Source of the DNA: a virus
Taxonomy: Duplodnaviria > Caudoviricetes
IMG/VR virus record: IMGVR_UViG_3300024344_003081
Direction: 5' to 3' (one strand)
Length of the DNA: 64,000 nt
The notes under the pieces are model-generated. The model made no database searches and had not been told where the DNA came from. It worked only from the letters and a program-made list of their open reading frames with translations. The translations under genes and the position numbers were made by a program. Shown one piece after another: positions 10,815 through 19,726 of the stretch (positions are counted from its first letter, which is position 1; each line of letters starts with the position of its first letter).

Positions 10815-12537
10815 TAGTAGTATTACTGATGTAGAATTAGTTAATACGTTTGAACAATGGCGTTCAAAAACAAATCAAATTATTACAGTATTAAATGAAC
10901 AGTCGGATGATGATCCATCAACTGCTTTACTTTCTTCAAATTCTGTAGGTGGACTTTCAATCAATACGATAACATCAAATATTGTTACAGGTGCAAATGT
11001 AACTGGTTCTAAATTATTATTTTCAGGTGGTACTGTAGATTTTACTGGAGCAACAACTACAGATTTAGGAACAGTTGAAAAATTTGCGTTAGTTGAAACC
11101 GCTGGAGCAACTGTAACTGGTGCTAGTCCTGATAGTAAGATTGAAAGATGTCAAATTAATGAAGTTGAAATTAATTTAAATGGTAAAAATCTAAATGCAA
11201 ATGGTTCATCTACAATTACTCTTACTGGAGCAACTATTGCAGATTTAGGAACAGTTTCTTTAGTTACAATTGATGGTGGAACGATTAATGATGCAAATGT
11301 AAATATCACAGATGATAGTGGTGCAAAGATTATTACAATATCCGCGGCGGGTCCGCACATACTTACTGGAGCAACATTTGCTAATGGAACATTTAATAAT
11401 GCATATTCGGTTGGTGGTTATACACATTCTGCAAATATATCTGTTAATACTGCATCAGCTTTTGTAGCTAATGTTGGGGCTATCTTTGGAGCAGATGTAG
11501 CTACTGCTAATGTGGCTATTGGTGATTTTCCAGAATATACCACTGCTCCACTTGCACCATCTTCATCTAAAGGAAGACTGCATATAAGATCAGATTTTGC
11601 AGATGCAGGAACAACAAATCCTACTGCCGCCGTATCAACTGCTGATGAATTAGTATTAGAAAATGAAAATGATGTAGGAATGACATTTTTATCTGATGTT
11701 GAGTCTAATGCACATATTATGTTTGGTGATTCTGCTGATGCAGATATTGGAGGAATTGTATATAATCATCTTTTAGATAGTATGTATATAGTCACAGGTG
11801 GTGCAAATACAGTTGAACTTGGAAATGAGTATGGTGGTTATATGCAAGTTGCTGGTGGAGATACATTAGGAACTCAAACAGGAAAATTCCATGTAAATGT
11901 TGGATCATCTGATGGAACAGCAGGAATTTTTCTAGATTCAAATGATGTGGATCAAATAGGTGTCTCAATTGATGCGGCACAAACAACTGCAAATGTTTTT
12001 GAAATTAATGCCGATGCATTTACTACTGGTCATGTGATTTCAATACATCGTGGATTAGGAACTGGTGATTCTAATGATGCTAATGGTTCTTTAATACATC
12101 TTACAGACAATAATAGTTCAACAAATGCTAGAGCAATTCTTGATATAGTACAAAATACAACAGGTGCTACTGGATCAACGGGATTAAAAATTACAACAGA
12201 TGGTGGAACAGGTATTTCTGTTATACAAAACCAAAATACTAATCCAGGATTAAATGTATGGGCAACAAATGCTCATTCTACAAACTTGGGTCATTTCCAA
12301 TCAGATGCAATTAATTCAACAGGTGTCACCCTATATGTTCAAGGAAATTCTAGCACAGGAGGAACAAAAGTTGTTGAATTTGCAAATTCAACAGGTAGTT
12401 TTTTTGCTGGAAGAGCAAATGGAGTAACTTGGTGTAGTCGTCTTGAAGTTGATACTTTTTTAACTCCAGATAACGATGCAGTTCACATGTTTGCTGTGAG
12501 AGATACAGGCGGAACAATTGTAAACCCAGGAACATAA
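10801..12537 (+). CDS. Putative fibre/whisker-type virion protein
   Basis: 578 aa with N-terminal NTFEQWRSKTNQII fibre-anchor-like motif and a G/T/A/N-rich beta-repeat body; lies just upstream of gp13, where T4 has wac. Confidence 0.55.
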   Translation: MAISDSSITDVELVNTFEQWRSKTNQIITVLNEQSDDDPSTALLSSNSVGGLSINTITSNIVTGANVTGSKLLFSGGTVDFTGATTTDLGTVEKFALVETAGATVTGASPDSKIERCQINEVEINLNGKNLNANGSSTITLTGATIADLGTVSLVTIDGGTINDANVNITDDSGAKIITISAAGPHILTGATFANGTFNNAYSVGGYTHSANISVNTASAFVANVGAIFGADVATANVAIGDFPEYTTAPLAPSSSKGRLHIRSDFADAGTTNPTAAVSTADELVLENENDVGMTFLSDVESNAHIMFGDSADADIGGIVYNHLLDSMYIVTGGANTVELGNEYGGYMQVAGGDTLGTQTGKFHVNVGSSDGTAGIFLDSNDVDQIGVSIDAAQTTANVFEINADAFTTGHVISIHRGLGTGDSNDANGSLIHLTDNNSSTNARAILDIVQNTTGATGSTGLKITTDGGTGISVIQNQNTNPGLNVWATNAHSTNLGHFQSDAINSTGVTLYVQGNSSTGGTKVVEFANSTGSFFAGRANGVTWCSRLEVDTFLTPDNDAVHMFAVRDTGGTIVNPGT

Positions 12538-12544
12538 GATAAAA

Positions 12545-13555
12545 ATGGCAAAACCTAGTACAAGAGAAGAATTAAAACAATATTGCCTTAGAACTTTAGG
12601 AAAACCAGTTATTGAAATAAATGTAGAAGATGATCAACTGGAAGATCGAATGGACGAAGGCTTGCAATTTTTTCAGGAATATCATTTTGATGGTGTTGAA
12701 AGAATGTATAACATTCATCGAATTACAGGTTCAACTGTTAAAATTACTTCAAATACAGGCGCCTTTACAGTAGGCGAGAAAATAACTGGTGGAACATCAA
12801 ATGCAACCGCAAAAGTAGTTTCTTCAAATACTACAGTTATTACATTTAAAAGTCATAAAGACACAGATGATATTTCAAATAATGATGTAACATCTAGTTT
12901 TTCAAATGGTGAAACAATAACTGGAAGTACAAGTGGATCTACTGCAGTAGCCGATACCGATGCATCATTGGTTACTTTTGGTGATGTAGACAATCATTAT
13001 ATTACATTAAGTGATTCCATAATTGGTGTGACAGGTATTTTTGATATACAAGATACTGGTGGGGGACAGACAACAAGTGATTTATTTTCGTTTAGATATC
13101 AGTTTCATTTAAATGAAATGCCATATCTTACTGCTACTTCTATAATAAATTATAAAATGTCAATGCAACATTTACAATTGTTGAATGATATGTTTGTAGG
13201 AAAGAAGCCTTTACGATTTAATAGACATCAAAATCGATTATATTTAGATTTAGATTGGGATAATGATGATCTTGAAGTAGATGAATATGTTGTTGCAGAG
13301 TGTTATAGAATAATTGAACCCGCAACATTTACAGATGTATACAATGATATGTTTTTAAAGAAATATGTTACGGCTCTTTTTAAAAGACAATGGGGAGCCA
13401 ATTTAATAAAATATGAAGGAGTTCAACTTCCAGGAGGAACGACATTAAATGGAAGAACAATGTTTGAAGAAGCAATAACAGAATTAAGAGAAACAGAAGA
13501 ACAAGTGTCTCTTAAATTCGAATTACCAGTTGACTTTATGGTTGGTCCAGGATAA
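12545..13555 (+). CDS. gp13: Neck protein gp13
   Basis: PSTREELKQYCLRTLGKPVIEINV..DQLEDR and FLKKYVTALFKRQWGANLIKYEGVQLPGG motifs. Confidence 0.92.
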   Translation: MAKPSTREELKQYCLRTLGKPVIEINVEDDQLEDRMDEGLQFFQEYHFDGVERMYNIHRITGSTVKITSNTGAFTVGEKITGGTSNATAKVVSSNTTVITFKSHKDTDDISNNDVTSSFSNGETITGSTSGSTAVADTDASLVTFGDVDNHYITLSDSIIGVTGIFDIQDTGGGQTTSDLFSFRYQFHLNEMPYLTATSIINYKMSMQHLQLLNDMFVGKKPLRFNRHQNRLYLDLDWDNDDLEVDEYVVAECYRIIEPATFTDVYNDMFLKKYVTALFKRQWGANLIKYEGVQLPGGTTLNGRTMFEEAITELRETEEQVSLKFELPVDFMVGPG

Positions 13556-14415
13556 TGCCTACTAATTCTTACTTTAATCACTTACAAAATGCCTCAGAAC
13601 AAAATTTACATCAAGATTTAATTATAGAATCGATAAAAAATTTTGGCATAGACAACTATTACCTTCCAAGACAATATATGAATGAGGATCTTCTTTATGG
13701 AGAAGATACTATTTCACAATTTAATCAATCTCATTTAATAGAAATGTATGTCAAGTCTGTTGACGGATTTGAAGGAGAAGGTGATTTTATTTCAAGATTT
13801 GGATTAGAAATAAGAGATCAGGTTATTTTTTCTGTGGCGAGAAGAAGATGGGAAAATTTAGGAACTGGTTATGATAGACCAAGAGAAGGTGATGTAATAT
13901 TTCTCCCATTAAATAAAAAACTTTATGAAATTAGATTTGTTGAACACGAATCAATGTTTTATCAATTTGGAAAATTACCAATATTTGATTTAACATGTGA
14001 ATTGTTTCAATACGATGATCAAAGAATTGATACTGGTATTGAAGACATAGATGAAGTAGAAGATAAATATGCTTATTCAATAGAAGTAACTCTTGATTCA
14101 GGAGGTTCAGGAAATTATGTAGAAGACGAATATGTATTTGTTGGTAGTACTGAAAGTTCTGCCAATACAAAAGGAAGAGTAATATCTTGGAATTCTACTG
14201 ATAGAGTATTGAAACTAACAGATTTGAGGGGAACCTTTACATTAAGTCAAAATGTAGTTGGAAACACAAGTGGTGCATATTATACAGTAGGCACTACACC
14301 TGATACACAAACATTTGTTAATGATGCTTCAGCAAATAATATAACTATTGAAACTGAAGCAGATTCTATTATTGATTTCTCTGAAGGGAATCCATTTAGT
14401 GAAGGCAATATTTAA
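13555..14415 (+). CDS. gp14: Neck protein gp14
   Basis: EQNLHQDLIIESIK..G, YYLPR, FISRFGLEIRD and RPREGDVIFLP motifs; follows gp13. Confidence 0.92.
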   Translation: MPTNSYFNHLQNASEQNLHQDLIIESIKNFGIDNYYLPRQYMNEDLLYGEDTISQFNQSHLIEMYVKSVDGFEGEGDFISRFGLEIRDQVIFSVARRRWENLGTGYDRPREGDVIFLPLNKKLYEIRFVEHESMFYQFGKLPIFDLTCELFQYDDQRIDTGIEDIDEVEDKYAYSIEVTLDSGGSGNYVEDEYVFVGSTESSANTKGRVISWNSTDRVLKLTDLRGTFTLSQNVVGNTSGAYYTVGTTPDTQTFVNDASANNITIETEADSIIDFSEGNPFSEGNI

Positions 14416-14762
14416 GTTGTAGATTCTGGAAGAATTGTAATCATTCCCTCAACTACTCTTTCCTTTGTTACCTCATCCGATTGGGTGTATTCAACATCAT
14501 ATACATATAATCCTGAAGACATATTTGCTGTTTGAGTAGCATTAGCGGTTATGGTCACATTACTGCCCGATACTGCCGTTGTGAAAGACATTATCCAGGA
14601 AGTATTAGTAGTTGTGTGGTTCTTTTTCATTTTAGAAGCACAAGTACCAGTACTTATAGTTACATTTGAATTGTTTGCATCTTTAGCAGTAAAAACTTTT
14701 TCAAAGTTACTACCTTGATACATTGTTAAATTTTCGCCTTGGGTTTTTATTGATAGTGCCAT
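14412..14762 (-). CDS. Small beta-rich virion structural protein on the opposite strand
   Basis: 116 aa with YQGSNF, ATQTANMSSGLYVYDVE and RVVEGMITILP, a pattern recalled from small phage baseplate-associated proteins; has its own late promoter. Confidence 0.6.
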   Translation of the reverse strand: MALSIKTQGENLTMYQGSNFEKVFTAKDANNSNVTISTGTCASKMKKNHTTTNTSWIMSFTTAVSGSNVTITANATQTANMSSGLYVYDVEYTQSDEVTKERVVEGMITILPESTT

Positions 14763-14767
14763 AAGAC

Positions 14768-14775
14768 TATTTATA
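14768..14775 (-). promoter_or_regulatory. T4-type late promoter for the inverted gene
   Basis: TATTTATA on + equals TATAAATA on -, 5 nt upstream of the ATG at 14762. Confidence 0.7.
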
Positions 14776-14777
14776 CA

Positions 14778-14785
14778 ACTAAATA
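14778..14785 (+). promoter_or_regulatory. Probable late promoter variant (ACTAAATA) for gp15
   Basis: TAAATA core 24 nt upstream of gp15, followed by a GGAG Shine-Dalgarno; back-to-back with the minus-strand promoter. Confidence 0.5.
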
Positions 14786-14809
14786 ATATTACAATCTTTA
14801 TGGAGTATT

Positions 14810-15742
14810 ATGTTAGGACAAACTTTTTATCATCAAACAATAAGAAAATATGTTGCGTTGTTTGGTACGCTATTTAATGATATTAATATTGAAAAAAAGG
14901 ACTCGGGCGGTAATGTTTTATCTCGACAAAAAGTACCAATAGCTTATGGACCAAAGCAAAAATTTCTTACAAGAATAAATCAAGATGCTAGTTTAGATAG
15001 ACAAGTAGCTATTCAACTTCCTAGATTGGGATTTGAAATGACTGGCATGGCTTATGATCCCGTTAGAAAATTAAATACAATAGGCTCATTGACACATAAA
15101 GAAACGATAAATGGAAATCGTAATGTTAAGAAGATGTATAATCCTTCTCCATATATTTTTGATTTTTCTTTATATGCATTTGTAGAAAATGCTGAAGATG
15201 GTACTCAGATATTAGAACAAATTCTTCCGTTTTTTACTCCAGAATTTAATGTGACTGTTAATATCATAACAGAAATGGGTCTCTCGATAGATATTCCAAT
15301 CATTGTTCAAAGTGCAACGAGTGAAGATTCTTACGAGGGAGAATTTTCTGCCAGAAGAACAATTATTTGGACAATATCTTTTATGATGAAAGGATTTATA
15401 TATCCTGATATTAAATCTAGTCAATCAATTATTAAAACAATTGAAGTTGCATTTAAAGAAGTTGCGGATGCTGATACTACTGATCTAAATCATGAATTAT
15501 TGTTAGAAACTTCTACTCCTTTTGATCAAGATCAATTTCTATTAGAAACAGGAAGTCTTCTCTTAACTGAGGATAGTATAACTGAACTCGGTCAGGATAA
15601 TATAATCAGTAAAATTACAATTATACCTGAAGGAGGAGCAAATACATATATTATTCCAGGAGATGATTTTGATGCAAATACTACAATAACAGTTTATAGT
15701 CCACCAGTAGATTATAATGAAGCAACAGGTGTATACGAGTGA
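14810..15742 (+). CDS. gp15: Tail sheath stabiliser / tail terminator gp15
   Basis: FYHQTIRKYVALFGTLFNDI, VPIAYGPKQKFL, LPRLGFEM and QILEQILPFFTP motifs. Confidence 0.92.
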   Translation: MLGQTFYHQTIRKYVALFGTLFNDINIEKKDSGGNVLSRQKVPIAYGPKQKFLTRINQDASLDRQVAIQLPRLGFEMTGMAYDPVRKLNTIGSLTHKETINGNRNVKKMYNPSPYIFDFSLYAFVENAEDGTQILEQILPFFTPEFNVTVNIITEMGLSIDIPIIVQSATSEDSYEGEFSARRTIIWTISFMMKGFIYPDIKSSQSIIKTIEVAFKEVADADTTDLNHELLLETSTPFDQDQFLLETGSLLLTEDSITELGQDNIISKITIIPEGGANTYIIPGDDFDANTTITVYSPPVDYNEATGVYE

Positions 15743-15750
15743 GGTAAGTT

Positions 15751-16155
15751 ATGATAAAAGATTTTGAAGATAAATTAAATGAAATTCTAGAAATGCCTTC
15801 TGGCTCTATTGTTAAAAAGCCCATTGAAAGAAAAGTTGTTGCATCTAATCCAGATGATTTAAATACTGATTATAAGTATGTTCGTGAAAATATATACAAT
15901 ATTATTGAAAGGGGACATGATGCTATTGAAGATTTATTACAAGATGCAAGAGATAGTGGTAATGCCAGAATGTTCGAAGTTGTCGGACAATTAATTAAAA
16001 CTGTAGGTGAACAAAATCAAAATTTAATGAACGTTCATAAACAAGTAAAAGATATCAAACAAGAAACCAGTACAGGACCTAATTCAGTAACAAATGCATT
16101 ATTTGTTGGTAGTACTGCAGAACTCCAAAAAATGTTAAAAGATAAAAAAGAATAG
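15751..16155 (+). CDS. gp16: Terminase small subunit gp16
   Basis: DYKYVRENIYNIIERG...ARMFEVVGQLIK...NALFVGSTAELQKML. Confidence 0.88.
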   Translation: MIKDFEDKLNEILEMPSGSIVKKPIERKVVASNPDDLNTDYKYVRENIYNIIERGHDAIEDLLQDARDSGNARMFEVVGQLIKTVGEQNQNLMNVHKQVKDIKQETSTGPNSVTNALFVGSTAELQKMLKDKKE

Positions 16156-17576
16156 TGGCTCATTTAGGACAAATCGATAGAAGATTTCCAGGACAAGTGG
16201 TTTTCACACGATATGTTACAGAAAATGCTGACTGGAAAAAATTAAAGCTGAGAATAGAAAATGGTCAGGTTGCCGAAATGTTTGAAGAAACTAATAACGC
16301 ATTAAACAGTATGAATGTTACTATTCAACCCAGAACAGACATAATATTACTTTCAGAGAAATATAAAGAATTTGAAAGAAGAAAGTATGCTAATATTGAA
16401 TATCAGAGAAAAAAAGGATATATATTAATTTCAAAAATAAGAAAACCTACAGACAATCTTAATTCAGAAAGACCGCAAAAATTACAAATATTAGCAGAAG
16501 ATTTTACAGAAAAAGGCGACAATGAAAAAATAACAGTACTTTCTAAAAAAGATGTTCCAGTAAAATTATTTAATACTTATGAAGATTTAAAAAAAAGTAT
16601 TGTTTGGGGTTTAGATAATAAAATTAGTAATAATGATTATCTTATAGAAAAAATAAAAACATATTTAGATAAAGATGATTTATCTGAAATTGATCTGAAT
16701 GGTATTGATGATAGTCATATTGATGAACTAGGTGTTTATTTTGGTGAGATTTTAATAGGAATATTAGCATTTAAAAATCAGTTATCAGATACTTGTACTC
16801 CTTCTGATATGTTTGGAATTAATTTGAAATCTTTTAGTATACCGACTGATCCTGCATTTAAACTTGTTGATAGTAGTTTGATATTTGATACAACTACTGT
16901 TAGCATATCGAGTAAATATGATAAGGGCTCCGCCGCATCATTTATGTCGAATGTTCTTCCTTATGGAATGAAATATTATACTGGTTATAGAGATTGTTTT
17001 TTTAAAAAAATGTGTCGAGTTGCATCTAATATGGGATATACATCAGAACAAGTAGGAGCAAGTAGATTTAAATATTCAAAAAATATAACATTTGAAGTTG
17101 GATTAAGAACAGTATTAAAAATAAAAAAATCAATTGTACAAAATACAAATCATTCTATTTATGAAAGTATTCGAAAAGTCGCAATGAATCAGACTCTTTC
17201 TCCAAAAGAAAATCAAGAAATTGATGATGTAATAGTAGCAATAGAAGATTATTTTATAAAGAGAAAAACTTTCGATGGAAGAGAACAAGTTATACAAACA
17301 ATAAGAAATAATTATCCCTTTACAATTACTTCTTTTTTTAATTATTCTGTGGCGAGTGTATTAAATAATGATAGGTTATCAAGAAAATATGTTCACGAAA
17401 TAATCGGTGGTAAAGATTTTTATCAAGCAAATTTAAATAAATCTAAATGGAGAAAAGGTATTATTGATATAAGAATGGTTTCTCCCAAATCTGCTACATT
17501 AAAAATATTAGGATCAATGTCAGGCGCTACAGATTTTACCGCAAAACAAGGTTTAGTAAATTACGAGTTAAAATAA
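16155..17576 (+). CDS. Hypothetical protein, possible PD-(D/E)xK-like nuclease, between the terminase subunits
   Basis: 473 aa, GTG start overlapping the gp16 stop; Lys-rich and basic; contains FGEILIG...PTD...LVDS...SISSKYDKG. Confidence 0.5.
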   Translation: MAHLGQIDRRFPGQVVFTRYVTENADWKKLKLRIENGQVAEMFEETNNALNSMNVTIQPRTDIILLSEKYKEFERRKYANIEYQRKKGYILISKIRKPTDNLNSERPQKLQILAEDFTEKGDNEKITVLSKKDVPVKLFNTYEDLKKSIVWGLDNKISNNDYLIEKIKTYLDKDDLSEIDLNGIDDSHIDELGVYFGEILIGILAFKNQLSDTCTPSDMFGINLKSFSIPTDPAFKLVDSSLIFDTTTVSISSKYDKGSAASFMSNVLPYGMKYYTGYRDCFFKKMCRVASNMGYTSEQVGASRFKYSKNITFEVGLRTVLKIKKSIVQNTNHSIYESIRKVAMNQTLSPKENQEIDDVIVAIEDYFIKRKTFDGREQVIQTIRNNYPFTITSFFNYSVASVLNNDRLSRKYVHEIIGGKDFYQANLNKSKWRKGIIDIRMVSPKSATLKILGSMSGATDFTAKQGLVNYELK

Positions 17577-19219
17577 TGGCTAAAGATACTTACGCAGGAA
17601 ATCCTCTTCTTAAAGGGGCATATCAACCAGTAGAGTATGATAAAGAGACTATAGAAGAATATATTAGATGCTCTAATGATCCTGTACATTTTGCAAAACA
17701 GTATATGAAAATCGTTCATGTTGATCATGGTTTAATGCCTTTTGATTTGTATGATTATCAAGAAGAGATGGTTGAAACATTTCATAATAATCGTTTTGTT
17801 ATTTGTAAGATGCCTCGACAAACTGGAAAATCAACAACAATTGTTGCTTATTTATTACATTTTGCTCTTTTTAATGAACAAGCTAATATTGCTATATTAG
17901 CAAATAAAGGGTCTACTTCAAGAGAGATCCTTCAGAGATTAAAAACTGCATATGAGCATTTACCAAAATGGTTGCAACAAGGCGTAGTTGTTTGGAATAG
18001 AGGTAATATTGAATTAGAAAATGGTAGTAAAGTTATATCTGCTTCAACTTCTTCTTCAGCGGTTCGTGGATCGTCTTTTAATATTATTTTTATGGATGAG
18101 TTTGCACATATTGATCCACCAAGTTTAGCAGAAGATTTTTTCACTTCTGTATATCCTACAATTTCTTCTGGTGTCACCACTAAAGTTTTTATTGTTTCAA
18201 CTCCAAAAGGATTGAACATGTTTTATAAGATGTGGGTCGATGCTGAAGAGAAAAGAAGCAATTATATTCCCATTGAAGTTCATTGGTCTCAAACACCTGG
18301 AAGAGATCAAAAATGGAAAGAAGAAACAATAAAAAATACGAGTGAATTGCAATTTGCTCAAGAATATGAATGTGATTTTATTGGTTCACAAAATACATTA
18401 ATTTCTCCTTCTAAATTGAGACAAATGCCTTATAAACCACCTATTTCAAAGAGAGATAGTTTAGATGTATATGTTGAACCAGATCCTAAACATTCATATG
18501 TGTGTATAGTTGATGTTGCAAGAGGAAGAGGCCAAGATTATTCTGCATTTTCAATTATAGATGTTTCTCAATTTCCATATGAACAAGTTGCAAAATATAG
18601 AGATGAAAACATTTCTCCTATATTATTACCAAATGTTGTTGATAATGTGAGTAGATATTATAATTCTGCATATATTTTAGTTGAAATAAATGATATTGGT
18701 GGTCAAGTAGCAGATATTTTACATCACGATTTAGAATATCCTAATATTTTTCAAACAAGTGTTATGGGAAGATCGGGTCAAACTTTAGGGGGCGGATTCG
18801 GAAAAGGTTCGCAATTAGGAATTAGAACTACAAAAGAAGTTAAAAGAAAAGGGTGTTCTAGTTGTAAAGATTTGATAGAAGGGGATAAATTACTTGTTTG
18901 GGATTTAGACACTATTACTGAAATGACGACATATATTGCTAAAGGATCAAGTTATGAAGCAGATGAAGGATATCATGATGACTTGATGACAACTTTAATT
19001 TTGTTTGGTTGGTTAGTAAATCAAAAATATTTTACAGAAATTACAGATTTAGATTTACGTGAAAAAATGTTTAAAGAACAACTAGAAGAAGCAGAAGCAC
19101 AATTGATACCTTTTGGTTATATAAATGATGGAAGAGATTCTTATGAACCAGAAACAGTAAATATGGGTGGTGAAAAATGGGTAGTAGATAAAAAATATTC
19201 TACGGATTATCTACATTAA
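17576..19219 (+). CDS. gp17: Terminase large subunit gp17
   Basis: Walker A PRQTGKST, Walker B IIFMDEFAH, IVSTPKG and RNase H-like nuclease motifs IVDVARG and HDDLMT. Confidence 0.96.
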   Translation: MAKDTYAGNPLLKGAYQPVEYDKETIEEYIRCSNDPVHFAKQYMKIVHVDHGLMPFDLYDYQEEMVETFHNNRFVICKMPRQTGKSTTIVAYLLHFALFNEQANIAILANKGSTSREILQRLKTAYEHLPKWLQQGVVVWNRGNIELENGSKVISASTSSSAVRGSSFNIIFMDEFAHIDPPSLAEDFFTSVYPTISSGVTTKVFIVSTPKGLNMFYKMWVDAEEKRSNYIPIEVHWSQTPGRDQKWKEETIKNTSELQFAQEYECDFIGSQNTLISPSKLRQMPYKPPISKRDSLDVYVEPDPKHSYVCIVDVARGRGQDYSAFSIIDVSQFPYEQVAKYRDENISPILLPNVVDNVSRYYNSAYILVEINDIGGQVADILHHDLEYPNIFQTSVMGRSGQTLGGGFGKGSQLGIRTTKEVKRKGCSSCKDLIEGDKLLVWDLDTITEMTTYIAKGSSYEADEGYHDDLMTTLILFGWLVNQKYFTEITDLDLREKMFKEQLEEAEAQLIPFGYINDGRDSYEPETVNMGGEKWVVDKKYSTDYLH

Positions 19220-19622
19220 TACGATGAATATTTTTAGGTTCTTTTATTTGATCAATTAATTTGTTTATATCGTGTTTTAAATCTGGTCTTAAATTTTTTA
19301 ATTTTTGTAAATATCTTATAGATTCATTGAATATCATTTCAGGATTAATTCTCAATTCATAAAATTTATTTCTCGTTTCACTTTTTGTAGTTAAATACAA
19401 ATGTTCTGGTTTTACACAATATGTATTGTTGCATGATTGATGAACTATTTTATTTCGTTCAATAGATCCCTTATAAGCAATATATGCAAATCTATGAGCA
19501 GGAATTGATTGTCCATCATATGAAAACATACCATATCCCTGTTTTGTTTTGCTTGCAGTCCAGAACCAACAATCATTTGTTTTTAAAATTTTATCTTCAA
19601 ATCTTTCAATAGCCTTCTTCAT
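19200..19622 (-). CDS. HNH-endonuclease-like protein with a degenerate active site
   Basis: CWFWTASKTKQGYG...AHRFAY...IVHQSCNNTYCVKPEHL matches the phage HNH fold, but H->Q and N->K occur at usually conserved positions. Confidence 0.7.
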   Translation of the reverse strand: MKKAIERFEDKILKTNDCWFWTASKTKQGYGMFSYDGQSIPAHRFAYIAYKGSIERNKIVHQSCNNTYCVKPEHLYLTTKSETRNKFYELRINPEMIFNESIRYLQKLKNLRPDLKHDINKLIDQIKEPKNIHRINVDNP

Positions 19623-19627
19623 CTTAT

Positions 19628-19635
19628 TATTTATA
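19628..19635 (-). promoter_or_regulatory. T4-type late promoter for the HNH-like gene
   Basis: TATTTATA on + equals TATAAATA on -, 5 nt upstream of the ATG at 19622. Confidence 0.65.
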
Positions 19636-19672
19636 TTACAATAAATAAAAACATCTCCAAAATCAGCTAAAA

Positions 19673-19680
19673 TATAAATA
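19673..19680 (+). promoter_or_regulatory. T4-type late promoter for gp18
   Basis: Exact TATAAATA upstream of gp18, with a GGGAGAG Shine-Dalgarno before the ATG. Confidence 0.8.
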
Positions 19681-19726
19681 TATTGGAAGCAAAAGATTTA
19701 TTCAAAATATTTTAGGGAGAGATAAT

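Noticed and set aside
675-12535. Short minus-strand ORFs within the baseplate and fibre genes (e.g. 675-1076, 5136-5543)
   Set aside because: Fully nested antisense to long conserved CDSs, with no motifs or promoters.
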